Of a stretch of 64,000 nt of DNA, positions 20,687-30,376 are shown piece after piece. This DNA comes from Trueperaceae bacterium (GTDB lineage Bacteria; Deinococcota; Deinococci; Deinococcales; Trueperaceae): contig OZ243956.1 of assembly GCA_965214405.1 (NCBI GenBank), positions 2,880,001 to 2,944,000 of the forward strand, given 5' to 3'. Below the pieces are notes generated by a model. It did no database searches and was not told the origin of the DNA. It saw nothing but the letters and a program-made list of their open reading frames with translations. The position numbers were made by a program, and so were the translations under genes. Position 1 is the stretch's first letter. The number at the start of each line of letters is the position of its first letter.

Positions 20687-21313
20687 ATGACCAACATTCA
20701 AGCCATCGCCTTTGACTGGGGCGGGATTTTTACCGAAGGAACCTTTGACTCGAGCGCTGTCAAAAACTTGGCCGCGCTCTGCCGCGTGTCCGAAGAAGAG
20801 GTTGCGGCAACCTATTTTCCGGTAATGGAGGAGTTTGAAGCGGGCGCGTTCGACTTTGACGGTTTCTATAAACACTTTACGACCCGCTCCGGCCTGACCC
20901 CCGACGAGGGCGTCTTTCGGAAAACGTTTTTGGGTTCGGTACGAGAGCGAGAGGCGATGTTCGAGGTACTGGCAGGCATCCCCCCGACCTACCGCGTAGG
21001 CGTGCTTTCCAACAACGTGCCCGTCCTCTGTGACCGCGTCCGCGACGACGCGCGAATGAGCCGCGTCGAGCACTTTGTTTTTTCCAACGAAATCGGCGTT
21101 AGAAAACCCGCTAAGCAAGCGTTCGAGAAACTGACCGAGGCGCTGGGCGTTCCCGAGGACGCAACCGTTTTTGTCGATGACAACCGGGGCAACGTTGAAG
21201 CCTGTGAGCGTCTAGGCTACCAGGGCGTGCTGCTCACGACTTTTGAAAGCTTCGCAAGGGCGTGGCGGCGTCTTCTGCCCGACCTTCCGCTTCCCGACGC
21301 GCAGCAGGCTTAA
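20687..21313 (+). CDS. HAD family phosphatase
   Basis: FDWGG, LSN, RKP, FVDD motifs. Confidence 0.9.
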   Translation: MTNIQAIAFDWGGIFTEGTFDSSAVKNLAALCRVSEEEVAATYFPVMEEFEAGAFDFDGFYKHFTTRSGLTPDEGVFRKTFLGSVREREAMFEVLAGIPPTYRVGVLSNNVPVLCDRVRDDARMSRVEHFVFSNEIGVRKPAKQAFEKLTEALGVPEDATVFVDDNRGNVEACERLGYQGVLLTTFESFARAWRRLLPDLPLPDAQQA

Positions 21314-21315
21314 CG

Positions 21316-21651
21316 GTGGGCGAGCGGGCCGTCAAGCTTTTGCAGGGCTACATCTGGCACCCACGCGAGCAAGAGCTTGACTTGGCGGACTATTTGCCGA
21401 GAAGGCTCGAGCCCAACATCCACGTCCTCTGGGACGACATGCCCGCCGCGCCCTTTACCTTTTTCGACGACGGCACGCTCTCGGCGACGCAGCGCTTTTT
21501 TCAGTTCACGGTGCTGACGCTTATCGGAGATGAAGACGAGGGCGAACCGCAACGGCTCGTCCCCTGGCTTGCTGAAACGTTGCAGGAGAGGCTTGAGGGG
21601 ACGCCCGAGGGCGTGGGCTGGCAGATATTCGAGGACCTGCGGGACGTGTAA
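21316..21651 (+). CDS. DUF3208-like protein (Deinococcus-Thermus)
   Basis: VKLLQGYIWHP, PFTFFDDGT, TPEGVGWQIFEDLR; GTG start just after the HAD stop. Confidence 0.75.
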   Translation: MGERAVKLLQGYIWHPREQELDLADYLPRRLEPNIHVLWDDMPAAPFTFFDDGTLSATQRFFQFTVLTLIGDEDEGEPQRLVPWLAETLQERLEGTPEGVGWQIFEDLRDV

Positions 21652-21667
21652 TCTTCTGTCTTCAACC

Positions 21668-23233
21668 TTACAATGGAATGTTTCCATGTTTTTTGAAGGG
21701 CCGCTCTTCGGCTTTGCCCTCGAGCATTCGCAGGTGCCTAATCAGGTGCCTGCGCGTATCCTTGGGGTCAATCACGTCGTCGATGTAGCCGCGCCCTGCG
21801 GCCCAATAAGGGTTGTCAAACCGCTTTTTGTACTCGTCGATTTTGGCGGCGCGCGTGGCCTCGGGGTGCTGTGAGGCGTTGATGTCGCGGCGGTAGATGA
21901 TGTTGGCCGCCCCCTCCGCGCCCATGACCGCGACCGCCGACGTGGGCCAAGCCAGCACCACGTCCGCGCCCATATCGCGCGAGTTCATCGCCAAGTAGGC
22001 GCCGCCGTAGCTCTTGCGGACGATGAGCGTGACTTTGGGGACGGTGGCCTCGGCGTAGGCGTAGAGCATCTTGGCCCCGTGGCGGATGATGCCCGCGTGC
22101 TCCTGCGTTACCCCCGGCAAGAAACCCGTCACGTCGACAAACGTGACAATCGGTACATTAAAGCAGTCGCAGGTGCGGATGAAGCGTGCGGCCTTGTCAG
22201 AGGCGTCGATGTTGAGCGTGCCCGCCATCTGCCGGGGGTTGTTGGCGACGACGCCGACCGGCTGCCCGCCAAAACGCGCGAACCCGCAGAGGATGTTTTT
22301 GGCCCAGTCGGGCTGGATTTCAAAAAAGTTTTTGTCGTCCACAAGCGTGCGGACAAGCTCGAGCATCGGGTAGGGGCGGCGCTGGTCGGGGTGGACGATG
22401 GACAAAACCTCGGGCGTCTCACGGTCTTCCGGGTCGCTCGTTTTGCGAAAGGGCGGCCTTTCCTTGGCGGATTGCGGCAGGTAGGACAGGAGTTCGCGGA
22501 CCATCGCCAACACGCCCGCGTCGTCGTCGGCCTCCCCGTGCGCCACCCCCGATTTGCGGGTATGCACGTCCGCCCCGCCAAGCGCCTCAAACGACACGTC
22601 CTCCTTGGTCACCGACTTGATGACTTCGGGGCCGGTAATAAACATGTAGGACGAGCCGCGGCTCATGAATACAAAGTCGGTTAGCGCCGGGCTATAGACC
22701 GCGCCCCCCGCGCAAGGACCCAGAATGGCGCTAATCTGCGGCACCACGCCCGAATAGACCGCGTTGCGGTAGAACACCTCACCGTAGCCCGAGAGCGAAT
22801 CGACGCCCTCCTGGATGCGCGCGCCCGCCGAATCGTTTAAGCCTACGATGGGCGCGCCCGTTTTGACCGCTAAATCCATTACCTTGGCGATTTTTTGCGC
22901 GTGCATCTTGCCCAAGCTCCCGCCCAGCACCGTGAAGTCCTGGCTAAAAACGAAAACGGTGCGGCCCTCTACCTTGCCGTAGCCCGTGACCACGCCCTCG
23001 CCGGGCGCGTCCACGCCGCTCATCATCTCGCCGCCCAAGTGTTCGGTAAACACGCCCAGCTCGGTAAACGAGCCCTCGTCCAGGAGCGCGTGGACGCGTT
23101 CTCTCGCGGTCGTCTTGCCCGCCTCGTGCTGCTTTTTGATGCGCGCCTCGCCCCCGCCCTTTTCCACGCGCTTGCGCCGCTCCTCCATCTCCGCGGTGAG
23201 TTCGTTCATCCAAACCAGCGTATCGTCAGACAC
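21668..23233 (-). CDS. pccB: Acyl-CoA (propionyl-CoA-type) carboxylase carboxyltransferase beta subunit
   Basis: QDFTVLGGS, DSAGARIQEG, GPCAGGAVYSPA, RHGAK, KKHGNIPL. Confidence 0.92.
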   Translation of the reverse strand: MSDDTLVWMNELTAEMEERRKRVEKGGGEARIKKQHEAGKTTARERVHALLDEGSFTELGVFTEHLGGEMMSGVDAPGEGVVTGYGKVEGRTVFVFSQDFTVLGGSLGKMHAQKIAKVMDLAVKTGAPIVGLNDSAGARIQEGVDSLSGYGEVFYRNAVYSGVVPQISAILGPCAGGAVYSPALTDFVFMSRGSSYMFITGPEVIKSVTKEDVSFEALGGADVHTRKSGVAHGEADDDAGVLAMVRELLSYLPQSAKERPPFRKTSDPEDRETPEVLSIVHPDQRRPYPMLELVRTLVDDKNFFEIQPDWAKNILCGFARFGGQPVGVVANNPRQMAGTLNIDASDKAARFIRTCDCFNVPIVTFVDVTGFLPGVTQEHAGIIRHGAKMLYAYAEATVPKVTLIVRKSYGGAYLAMNSRDMGADVVLAWPTSAVAVMGAEGAANIIYRRDINASQHPEATRAAKIDEYKKRFDNPYWAAGRGYIDDVIDPKDTRRHLIRHLRMLEGKAEERPFKKHGNIPL

Positions 23234-23298
23234 TCTTTACTCCTTGGGTTGCCGCTCGAACTGTCATACTCGGCATCTAAACCAAGGATACCTTGAAG

Positions 23299-23360
23299 AC
23301 CGAGCGCCGAGTACCGAGCCCTGAGTACCGAGTTGAAAATCGTCTCAGGGCTCGGTACTC
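23299..23360. repeat. Five tandem heptamers (ACCGAGY-like) overlapping a 17-bp perfect inverted repeat
   Basis: accgagc/gccgagt/accgagc/cctgagt/accgagt at 23299-23333; arms GAGTACCGAGCCCTGAG (23309-23325) and CTCAGGGCTCGGTACTC (23344-23360). Confidence 0.8.
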
Positions 23361-23362
23361 TT

Positions 23363-23755
23363 TTACCGCCTCTCCGTCACCGTCACATAACGCACTTCAT
23401 CTGGATAGACAAACCCTTGCAGCCGCGCTAAGCTCTCACGGTAGGAAGCGTCGTAGCGGTGGTTGACGGTGGCGTTAAGTACCTCAATCTCACCGTTGAT
23501 GTCGCTTAAATCGCGCTCTAAGCGCGTGATTTCGCCCCGGCTGTAGAGCCAGCGGTTGGTCTCGACGCCAAGCATTACAAGCGCGTGCAAACTACCCACA
23601 AGTGCAAGAACGGTGAGAAGAAACCCCATGCCCCTGGGTTGGGCGCTCTTCTTGGACTCCTGCGGTTCCTCCTGCGGACTGCGTGGTTTGAGACCGGCTG
23701 GTCTGCCTACCGAGACGCGGTGCGCCCCTCTACCGGTGGGACTTTTGATGGTCAC
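23363..23755 (-). CDS. FtsB/DivIC-like septum formation initiator family protein
   Basis: One TM helix, a coiled coil, then YRESLARLQGFVYPDE; GTG start overlaps the upstream TGA. Confidence 0.7.
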   Translation of the reverse strand: MTIKSPTGRGAHRVSVGRPAGLKPRSPQEEPQESKKSAQPRGMGFLLTVLALVGSLHALVMLGVETNRWLYSRGEITRLERDLSDINGEIEVLNATVNHRYDASYRESLARLQGFVYPDEVRYVTVTERR

Positions 23756-24792
23756 AACGCTACCCCCTGAAGCGCCAGCGCCTCCCGTAAAAAGCGCGCG
23801 GCGTCTTCGGGCGGCGTGGGATTGACGTAAAAGCCGCTTCCCCAATCAAAACCCGTTTGCGCGGTAAGGCGCGGCAAAAGTTTCATGTGCCAATGATACT
23901 CTGCGTCGCCGCTGGCGGGTAGGGTATGCAAAATCATGTTGTAGGGAGGGTGGTTGAGCGCGCTGTTGATGGCCCCCAATATAGAACGCAGGATGTCGCC
24001 CAGGAGCGGCAGGGTGTTGGCGGTCACGCCTGCAAAGGCGCTTCCGTGCTCGCGCGGCAAAATCCACACCTCAAAAGGCGTTTTGGACGCGTAGGGCGCA
24101 AAGGCCAAAAAAGCCTCGTTGTGCGAGATGAGGCGCGCGCGGTTTTCTAACTCGGCCTCCAGTACGTCGCAAAACAAGCAGCGGTGGTGACGCGCGAAGT
24201 GCTCCCCCGCCGCCGCGCGCTCCTCGCTCAGCCAGCGGTTGGTCACGGGCAGGGCCAAAAGGAGCGCGTGCGGGTGCGCGAAGCCTGCGCCCGCCGCCCG
24301 GCCCACGTTGCGTACGAGTTGCACATGGCGGATACCGGGGTAAGACGCCAGGTGCTCGAGCCTCTCGCGGTAGAGCCTGAGAAGCGCCAACAGGTGCTCG
24401 CGGGGCATGGTGGACAAACGCATGGCGTGTTCGGGATGTTCGACGATGAGTTCTTGCACGCCGCTGCTCGGCGCGTGGGTAAAAAGGGGCGACCCCTGCG
24501 GCTCAAAGACGCGGGCGTCCGAAAAGTCGGCGTCCGCCAAACCCGTGAGCGGGCGCAGCACCCTCGCGCGCCAGTCGGGCGCGCCCAGCGCCGAGGTGCT
24601 CGGCCTGAGCGCGCGCACCTCCTCCCCAACGCTTCTAGAAGCGCCCGGACAGAGCGGGCAGTCCTGTTCCTGATGGGTCCCCCCGTGCGTCCCTTCATGC
24701 GCCGCGCTGCCGAAGTCCGAAGCCAACAGCCCGCGCTCGGGCGAGATGATGACCCAGGTGGGGCCGAAGGGGTCTTTGCGGAACTGGGGCAT
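23752..24792 (-). CDS. GalT-like nucleotidyltransferase (HIT superfamily)
   Basis: FRKDP..WVIISPER, CPLCPG, AGAGFAHPH, CLFCD, APYASKTPFE, YHWH. Confidence 0.85.
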   Translation of the reverse strand: MPQFRKDPFGPTWVIISPERGLLASDFGSAAHEGTHGGTHQEQDCPLCPGASRSVGEEVRALRPSTSALGAPDWRARVLRPLTGLADADFSDARVFEPQGSPLFTHAPSSGVQELIVEHPEHAMRLSTMPREHLLALLRLYRERLEHLASYPGIRHVQLVRNVGRAAGAGFAHPHALLLALPVTNRWLSEERAAAGEHFARHHRCLFCDVLEAELENRARLISHNEAFLAFAPYASKTPFEVWILPREHGSAFAGVTANTLPLLGDILRSILGAINSALNHPPYNMILHTLPASGDAEYHWHMKLLPRLTAQTGFDWGSGFYVNPTPPEDAARFLREALALQGVAL

Positions 24793-25012
24793 CCGCTTTA
24801 CTTTAGCTCACGGCATTTCGGAGGAACGTAAAGAATCTTATGGGTCGTCTTAAGCACGAGCGGCTGAGGAGCCGTCTAAAACGGGCTGAGGCGTGGGGAA
24901 CACAGTGAGCTCCGCGTAAGAAACGTGACGCTTCCTACTTTGCCCGCCCCGCCTCGGTTTGCGGGTGATTTTCACGGCGCGGACACCCTTGCGTGAGCTA
25001 AGGTGTACAAAC

Positions 25013-26197
25013 ATGGCGGGCGCAGAGAACGCGACAACAAACGTGACCAACTTAGTGGGTAATCCGGTCGATAAAAATCTAGGTGGCAAGAATTTGGTTG
25101 ACGTGAGCGGTGAAACGCCCGATGACGTTGGCGGCGCGCCGCCAACGGACGCGAAAATCCTACTTATCGACGATGAGAACATCAACTTGCTCCTGCTCGA
25201 GCGCATCCTGCGGCGGGCGGGTTATGAAAAGCTTTGCAGCGTCGAAGACCCGCGTGAGGCTTTAGAGGCGTTTCAAACCTTTTCTCCCGACCTCATCGTG
25301 ACCGACTTGCACATGCCTCACCTGAGCGGCATCGAGCTCATCAAAAAGCTTAACGCGCGCATCCCGGCGGACGCTTATTTGCCCATCGTGATGCTTACCG
25401 CCGACCTCAACCCGGACTTAGAGCAGCAGGCGCTGCTGGGCGGGGCCAAAGATTTTCTTAACAAGCCCTTCAAGGCCAACCAGATTACGCTGCGCCTGCG
25501 TAACCTTCTCCAGACGCGCGCGCTGCACGAGGCGCTAAGACGCCAGAACAGCCTCCTAGAAACGCGCGTTGTGGAGCGCACCGCCGAGTTGGAGGCCGCG
25601 CACCTAGAGGGGCTCGAGCGCCTCGCCTTGGCGGCGGACTACCGCGACCACGACACGGGCCTCCACACCCAGCGCGTGGGTCACCTCTCGGCCAAAATCG
25701 CGCGCAAGTTGGGCTTTTCGGAGCGCGACGCCGTCGTTTTGGAGCGCGCCGCCCCGCTCCACGACGTGGGCAAAATCGGCATCCCCGACAGCATCTTGCT
25801 CAAACCGGGCCGCCTCGACGAAGGAGAGTTTACCGTCATGAAGCAGCACGTCAGGGTGGGGGCCACGCTCCTGTCCAACGGCCGCTCCGACCTCATCAAG
25901 ATGGCCGCCTGCGTCGCCCTGACCCATCACGAACGTTGGGACGGCTCGGGCTATCCCAACGGTTTAGCGAAAAGCACCATCCCCCTGGTAGGACAGATCG
26001 TCGCGGTGGCCGACGTGTTTGACACTCTTGTCAACAAACGCCCCTACAAAGAGGCGTGGCCCGTCGAACTCGCCGTCGCGGAGGTGCAGGCCAAAAGCGG
26101 CTCCTGGTTCAACCCGCAGGTGGTCGCGGCTTTTTTGTACGTGCTGGCCGACTTGCCCGAACTCCTCACGGAGCAAGACGCAGTCTTAGAGTTGTAG
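25013..26197 (+). CDS. Response regulator with HD-GYP c-di-GMP phosphodiesterase domain (RpfG-like); start uncertain
   Basis: REC domain (IDD, DLHMP, KPF) plus HDVGKIGIPD and HHERWDGSGYP. Confidence 0.92.
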   Translation: MAGAENATTNVTNLVGNPVDKNLGGKNLVDVSGETPDDVGGAPPTDAKILLIDDENINLLLLERILRRAGYEKLCSVEDPREALEAFQTFSPDLIVTDLHMPHLSGIELIKKLNARIPADAYLPIVMLTADLNPDLEQQALLGGAKDFLNKPFKANQITLRLRNLLQTRALHEALRRQNSLLETRVVERTAELEAAHLEGLERLALAADYRDHDTGLHTQRVGHLSAKIARKLGFSERDAVVLERAAPLHDVGKIGIPDSILLKPGRLDEGEFTVMKQHVRVGATLLSNGRSDLIKMAACVALTHHERWDGSGYPNGLAKSTIPLVGQIVAVADVFDTLVNKRPYKEAWPVELAVAEVQAKSGSWFNPQVVAAFLYVLADLPELLTEQDAVLEL

Positions 26198-26218
26198 GGT
26201 CTGCTGACGGTTTGTTTT

Positions 26219-26652
26219 TCAAGGTTTGGAAAGGCGGGGAAGAGAAGCGTTTCTTGCCGTGCCCGGTTCTACCCTAGCCGAAGAGGGCAATCGGAACGTC
26301 CCATCGTCGTTGCACGGAAACGCGTGTACGGCAGCCACCGCGCGCCACGGTAGTGGGCCATAAATGTGCGGGAAAAGTTCTCCGCTCTCGCAGAGGTCCT
26401 CATCAACAAGGTTCTCATCAGCAAGGTTCTCATCAGCAAGGTTCTCATCAACTGCGTCGCCGTCAAGCAAAAGCTTGTCAATCTCGAGCAGCGCGAGGTC
26501 GGTTCGTCTGTAAAGAAAATTAGCAACCCGGCATACTTGATGTGGATAAGAGCAGTGAATAAACCCGTCGCCAGAGAGGCTGGGCGGCCCGTAAAAACCG
26601 TCAAGCCGCGCTCTGTCTTCCCTTTCGAAACGGTGTGAAGAACTGTTTGCAC
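26219..26652 (-). pseudogene. DUF952 family gene, frameshifted near its 5' end, with an internal 15-bp tandem expansion
   Basis: The GTG 26652 frame gives VQTVLHTVSK. The shifted frame gives FYGPPSLSGDGFIHCS..TDLALLEID..ELFPHIYGPL. Confidence 0.7.
26394..26452. repeat. About four copies of a 15-bp tandem repeat (AGGTTCTCATCAGCA-like), encoding DENL(A/V) on the minus strand
   Basis: Read directly from the sequence. Confidence 0.85.
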
Positions 26653-26722
26653 GACCTTTAGTCCACGATTTTTAGTCAGAGTGTGTAACGCAGACGCAAG
26701 CCCGTAAACCGGCCTGCCGTCT

Positions 26723-26923
26723 TCAGTTCAGCTCCCGCTCGCGTAAATTGACAGGCGGCGTTTCTTCGTTTTCTAGGTACAAAAAGTCGTCAATCGCTTC
26801 TAACAGGTCGCGCAGCCGCGGGTCGTCGACGAGCGCGTCGCAGAGCTCGAGCCTTTCCCCTTCATCAAGCGCGGCGAGCGCTTCAACAAGTTCTTCCACA
26901 TTGGGTTTGGTTCCCGCGTTCAT
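26723..26923 (-). CDS. Small acidic hypothetical protein
   Basis: 66-aa helical ORF with host-like codons. Confidence 0.45.
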   Translation of the reverse strand: MNAGTKPNVEELVEALAALDEGERLELCDALVDDPRLRDLLEAIDDFLYLENEETPPVNLRERELN

Positions 26924-26961
26924 GCGCCATTATACTTGGTGAGGCGAAAGGGGCAAGAGGT

Positions 26962-27357
26962 GTGCGAACGGTGGCGCTGAGGTTAAAACCCGGTCAGGAC
27001 TTGAAACGCGCCTTGAGCGAGACCGTCGCGCAAGAGGACGCTCGAGCTGGCTTCGTGCTTACCTGCGTCGGCTCTCTTTCCAGAGCGGCGTTGCGCTTGG
27101 CTGACCGCGACGGGGAAAGCGTCTTTGAGGGACCCTTCGAAATCTTGGCGCTCTCCGGCACCCTCTCGCCTGACGGTTTGCATTTACACCTAGCGCTCGC
27201 GGACAAGGACGGGACGACGCTGGGCGGGCATGTGCTGGAGGGCTGCGTGGTCTACACCACTGCCGAAATCGTCCTCGGTTTCCTTCCGGATGTGGGCTTC
27301 TCCAGGCGTTTGGACGCGGAAACGGGATACGCAGAGCTGGTGGTTGAAGAGCTCTAG
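26962..27357 (+). CDS. PPC/DUF296 domain protein
   Basis: LRLKPGQDL, CVGSL, FEILALSGT, HLHLAL, GGHV, TAEI. Confidence 0.9.
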   Translation: MRTVALRLKPGQDLKRALSETVAQEDARAGFVLTCVGSLSRAALRLADRDGESVFEGPFEILALSGTLSPDGLHLHLALADKDGTTLGGHVLEGCVVYTTAEIVLGFLPDVGFSRRLDAETGYAELVVEEL

Positions 27358-27374
27358 TCCGCCGCTTTGCTGCA

Positions 27375-28169
27375 CTACAGGTTTACCCGCTGCGAGCGGA
27401 CGAGCAGGCGAAAGGTGAAAAGGAGAACGAAAGCGGTCACGGCTAAAAGAGCCGAGAGCGCGAGGGCGGCGTCTAAATCACTTTCTAAAGCCGCGTAGAT
27501 CGCCAGCGGCATCGTCCGCGTGCGGCCCGCCAAGGAGCCCGCGAACACGATGGTCGCGCCAAACTCGCCCAGGGCGCGCGCCCAGGCCAGCACCAGCCCT
27601 TCAATCAGGTAGGGCCTGGTGAGGGGCCAGGTCACGCGCCAAAAGGTGCCCCAGCGGCCCCGCCCGAGGGTGAGGGAGACGGCCTCGAGCCGCGTCGGCA
27701 CACCCGCAAACCCCGCTTTCATCGCGCGAATATAGAGGGGCGCGGCGACAAAAAGTTGCGCCAGCACCACCGCCGAAGTCGTGAACGCCAGGTTGACGCC
27801 TAAAGCATCCAGATACGCCCCCAGCACCCCGCGCCGCCCGAACACCAGCAGCAAACTCACCCCCGCCACCACCGGGGGCAGCACAACGGGCAAGTCGAGC
27901 AGCGTGTCCAGGACACGGTAACCGGGGAAGCGGTAGCGCGCCAGCAAGTAGGCAACGGGCGTTCCTAAAAGGAGCGTCAACACCATGCTCAGCCCGGTGG
28001 TCACGAGGCTTAAGCGCAGCGCCTCCAAGGCAGCGGGTTGTAGCAGCGCCTCCACAACCGCAGGCCGCACCGCCCGGAACATAAGTACCCCCGTCGGCAG
28101 CACCAGGAGCACGAGCATGACGAGCCCGGCGGCGAGCGACAAGAGCGGGAGGCGCGACGAGGAGGCCAA
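27375..28169 (-). CDS. modB: Molybdate ABC transporter permease
   Basis: DLPVVLPPVVAG, WARALGEFGATI, TRTMPLAIY. Confidence 0.9.
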   Translation of the reverse strand: MASSSRLPLLSLAAGLVMLVLLVLPTGVLMFRAVRPAVVEALLQPAALEALRLSLVTTGLSMVLTLLLGTPVAYLLARYRFPGYRVLDTLLDLPVVLPPVVAGVSLLLVFGRRGVLGAYLDALGVNLAFTTSAVVLAQLFVAAPLYIRAMKAGFAGVPTRLEAVSLTLGRGRWGTFWRVTWPLTRPYLIEGLVLAWARALGEFGATIVFAGSLAGRTRTMPLAIYAALESDLDAALALSALLAVTAFVLLFTFRLLVRSQRVNL

Positions 28170-28171
28170 GT

Positions 28172-28909
28172 TTAGAGTCTAAAACCGTGGCGCGCCAGAA
28201 TGGCCTGTCCCTCGTCTGAGAGAACGAACTCGAGAAAACGCTCCCCGAGTTCCCGCTGTGTGCTCTCTTTTACGACCGCGATGGTATAAGCGGCTTCTAC
28301 GTTATACGCGTCTGGAAGGTCGATGGTGCGAATTCCCTCCACGACCGCCGCGTCGGTCGCGTAGACGATGGCGGCGTCCGCCTCGCCCAGGGCGACCTTG
28401 GCGGCAACCTGCCGGACGTTGGTCTCCTCGGACACGAGATTTTTGAGCACCCGCGCCGAGAAGTCGTCACCGTAGAGGGCGTTGAGTTTGTCCAAACTCT
28501 CGAGCGCGTAGCGGCCCGCGGGCACGTCGGGTCCCGCTAACACCAGGAGCGTGCCCGGCTCTGCTAAATCTTCGGGGGTTTGTAGGCTCGAGCCCTCCGG
28601 CGTAACAATCACCAAGCTGTTCCCGGCGAAACGCCGCGGCGTTCCCGTTACCTCCCCCGCCACCGCCTCCATCTGACGCACGTCGGCGCTCGCAAACACG
28701 TCGGCGGGGGCACCCTGCAAGATTTGGGTGCTCAGGGTGGAGGAGCCCGCGAAGTTGAGGTCTACATTCACCCCAGGATTCGCCGCCTCAAAGGCTCCCG
28801 CCATTTCGTTAAACGCTTCGGTGAGGCTCGAGGCGGCGAACACGGTAAGGCTCTGTGCAGACGTCAAGCCGAGCGTGAGCCACAGCGTGAAGACAAAGAG
28901 TCGTTTCAT
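28172..28909 (-). CDS. modA: Molybdate ABC transporter substrate-binding protein
   Basis: Signal peptide, FAASSL, FAGSS, GAPADVFASA, VPAGRYA, VYATDA. Confidence 0.93.
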   Translation of the reverse strand: MKRLFVFTLWLTLGLTSAQSLTVFAASSLTEAFNEMAGAFEAANPGVNVDLNFAGSSTLSTQILQGAPADVFASADVRQMEAVAGEVTGTPRRFAGNSLVIVTPEGSSLQTPEDLAEPGTLLVLAGPDVPAGRYALESLDKLNALYGDDFSARVLKNLVSEETNVRQVAAKVALGEADAAIVYATDAAVVEGIRTIDLPDAYNVEAAYTIAVVKESTQRELGERFLEFVLSDEGQAILARHGFRL

Positions 28910-29139
28910 CGGTTCCCTTCTGAGTTTTGAAGTGCGCGCGGGCGCAAGTCACTCAAGTTTATCTGACAACCTTCTGTTGGTGATGCGTTTCTCTTCATCC
29001 AAGCTCCATAAAATCCATCTGTCACGACGCAGAAGCCTCACGGACTTTGACCCCGCGCGCCTTCCAAACGCGTATGTCATACTCTGTAGTAAAGGCGTGT
29101 TGGTAAAGACGTGACACCTGAAGAACCTAAGGAGTAACC

Positions 29140-30354
29140 ATGCCCGGAATTGCGATTATCGGTGCCCAGTGGGGCGATGAAGGCAAGGGAAAAGTCGTGG
29201 ACGCGCTCGCCAGCGAGGCGGACCTGGTGGTGCGCTTTTCGGGCGGCGCGAACGCTGGTCACACGGTGGTGGTGGGTGAGGAAGTGTTCAAGCTCCACCA
29301 CCTCCCCTGCGGCGCGCTGCACGACCACCCCGCGTCGGTCCTGGGCGGCGGCATGGTCATTGACCCCTGGGCCTTTCGGGAGGAGTACGAGGCGTTGGCG
29401 GCGCGGCGCGACCCTGGGCGGGTCTACCTCTCGCACGAGGCGCACTTGGTGCTGCCTCACCACAAAAAGAACGACGAGGGCGGCGGCTTCGTCGGCACCA
29501 CGGGGCGCGGCATCGGCCCCGCCTACTCGGACAAGGCGCGGCGCGTGGGCTTGCGCTTTGGCGACCTCAAAGACGAGGCGGTGCTGCGGGAGCGTCTGGA
29601 GCGGTTATTGACGGCCAAGCCGAACTCGACAGCTCGAGTCGATTGGACAAGCGTCGAGGAAGCCTTTGAAGCCCTCCGCGAGGTGCGCGACTTTGTGCTC
29701 CCTTTTGTTTGCGACTCGAGCAAGCTCACCAGAGAGGCGCTCGCGTCGGGTAAGCGCGTCATGTTCGAGGGCGGGCAGGGCACCATGCTCGACCTCGCTT
29801 ACGGCACTTATCCCTACGTGACCTCGTCGCACCCGACCGTCGGCGGCATCTTGGTAGGCGCGGGCGTGAGCCACAAGGCGCTTGGCAAGGTCTACGGCGT
29901 CGTCAAGGCCTTTACCAGCCGCGTCGGCCACGGTCCCTTCGTGACCGAACTCGAGGGCGAGATGGCGACGCGGCTGCGGGGCACCGGCGCGAACCAGTGG
30001 GACGAGTACGGCACCACCACGGGCCGCGCGCGCCGGGTGGGCTGGCTTGATTTGGAGCAAGTTAAATACGCGTGTGAGGTCAACGGTTTCGACGGTTTAG
30101 TGGTTACCAAACTCGACGTGCTCTCGGGGCTCGAGACGCTCAAAGTCTGCACCGCGTATGAAGAAGGCAAACCCGTTTACAAGGAGATGCCGGGCTGGGG
30201 CGACCTTGGGGGGCTTGGCCGACGCGACGCGCTGCCCAAGGAGTTGGGGGAATATTTAGACCTCATCGAGACCCACACGGGCGTCCCGGTGGTGATGTTC
30301 TCGACGAGCCCCGACAGGGAAGACACCTACGGCGAGGTAGTTTGGAGCGATTAA
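29140..30354 (+). CDS. purA: Adenylosuccinate synthetase
   Basis: GAQWGDEGKGK, GGANAGHT, GTTGRGIGPAY, EYGTTTGRARRVG. Confidence 0.98.
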   Translation: MPGIAIIGAQWGDEGKGKVVDALASEADLVVRFSGGANAGHTVVVGEEVFKLHHLPCGALHDHPASVLGGGMVIDPWAFREEYEALAARRDPGRVYLSHEAHLVLPHHKKNDEGGGFVGTTGRGIGPAYSDKARRVGLRFGDLKDEAVLRERLERLLTAKPNSTARVDWTSVEEAFEALREVRDFVLPFVCDSSKLTREALASGKRVMFEGGQGTMLDLAYGTYPYVTSSHPTVGGILVGAGVSHKALGKVYGVVKAFTSRVGHGPFVTELEGEMATRLRGTGANQWDEYGTTTGRARRVGWLDLEQVKYACEVNGFDGLVVTKLDVLSGLETLKVCTAYEEGKPVYKEMPGWGDLGGLGRRDALPKELGEYLDLIETHTGVPVVMFSTSPDREDTYGEVVWSD

Positions 30355-30376
30355 CTCGAGCTGTCAAGGGAGGTGA

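Noticed and set aside
26394..26452. CRISPR-like array
   Set aside because: 15-bp units with no spacers and no cas genes; a coding tandem repeat.
28910..29100. Possible Moco riboswitch or ModE box upstream of modA
   Set aside because: No consensus elements that I could match.
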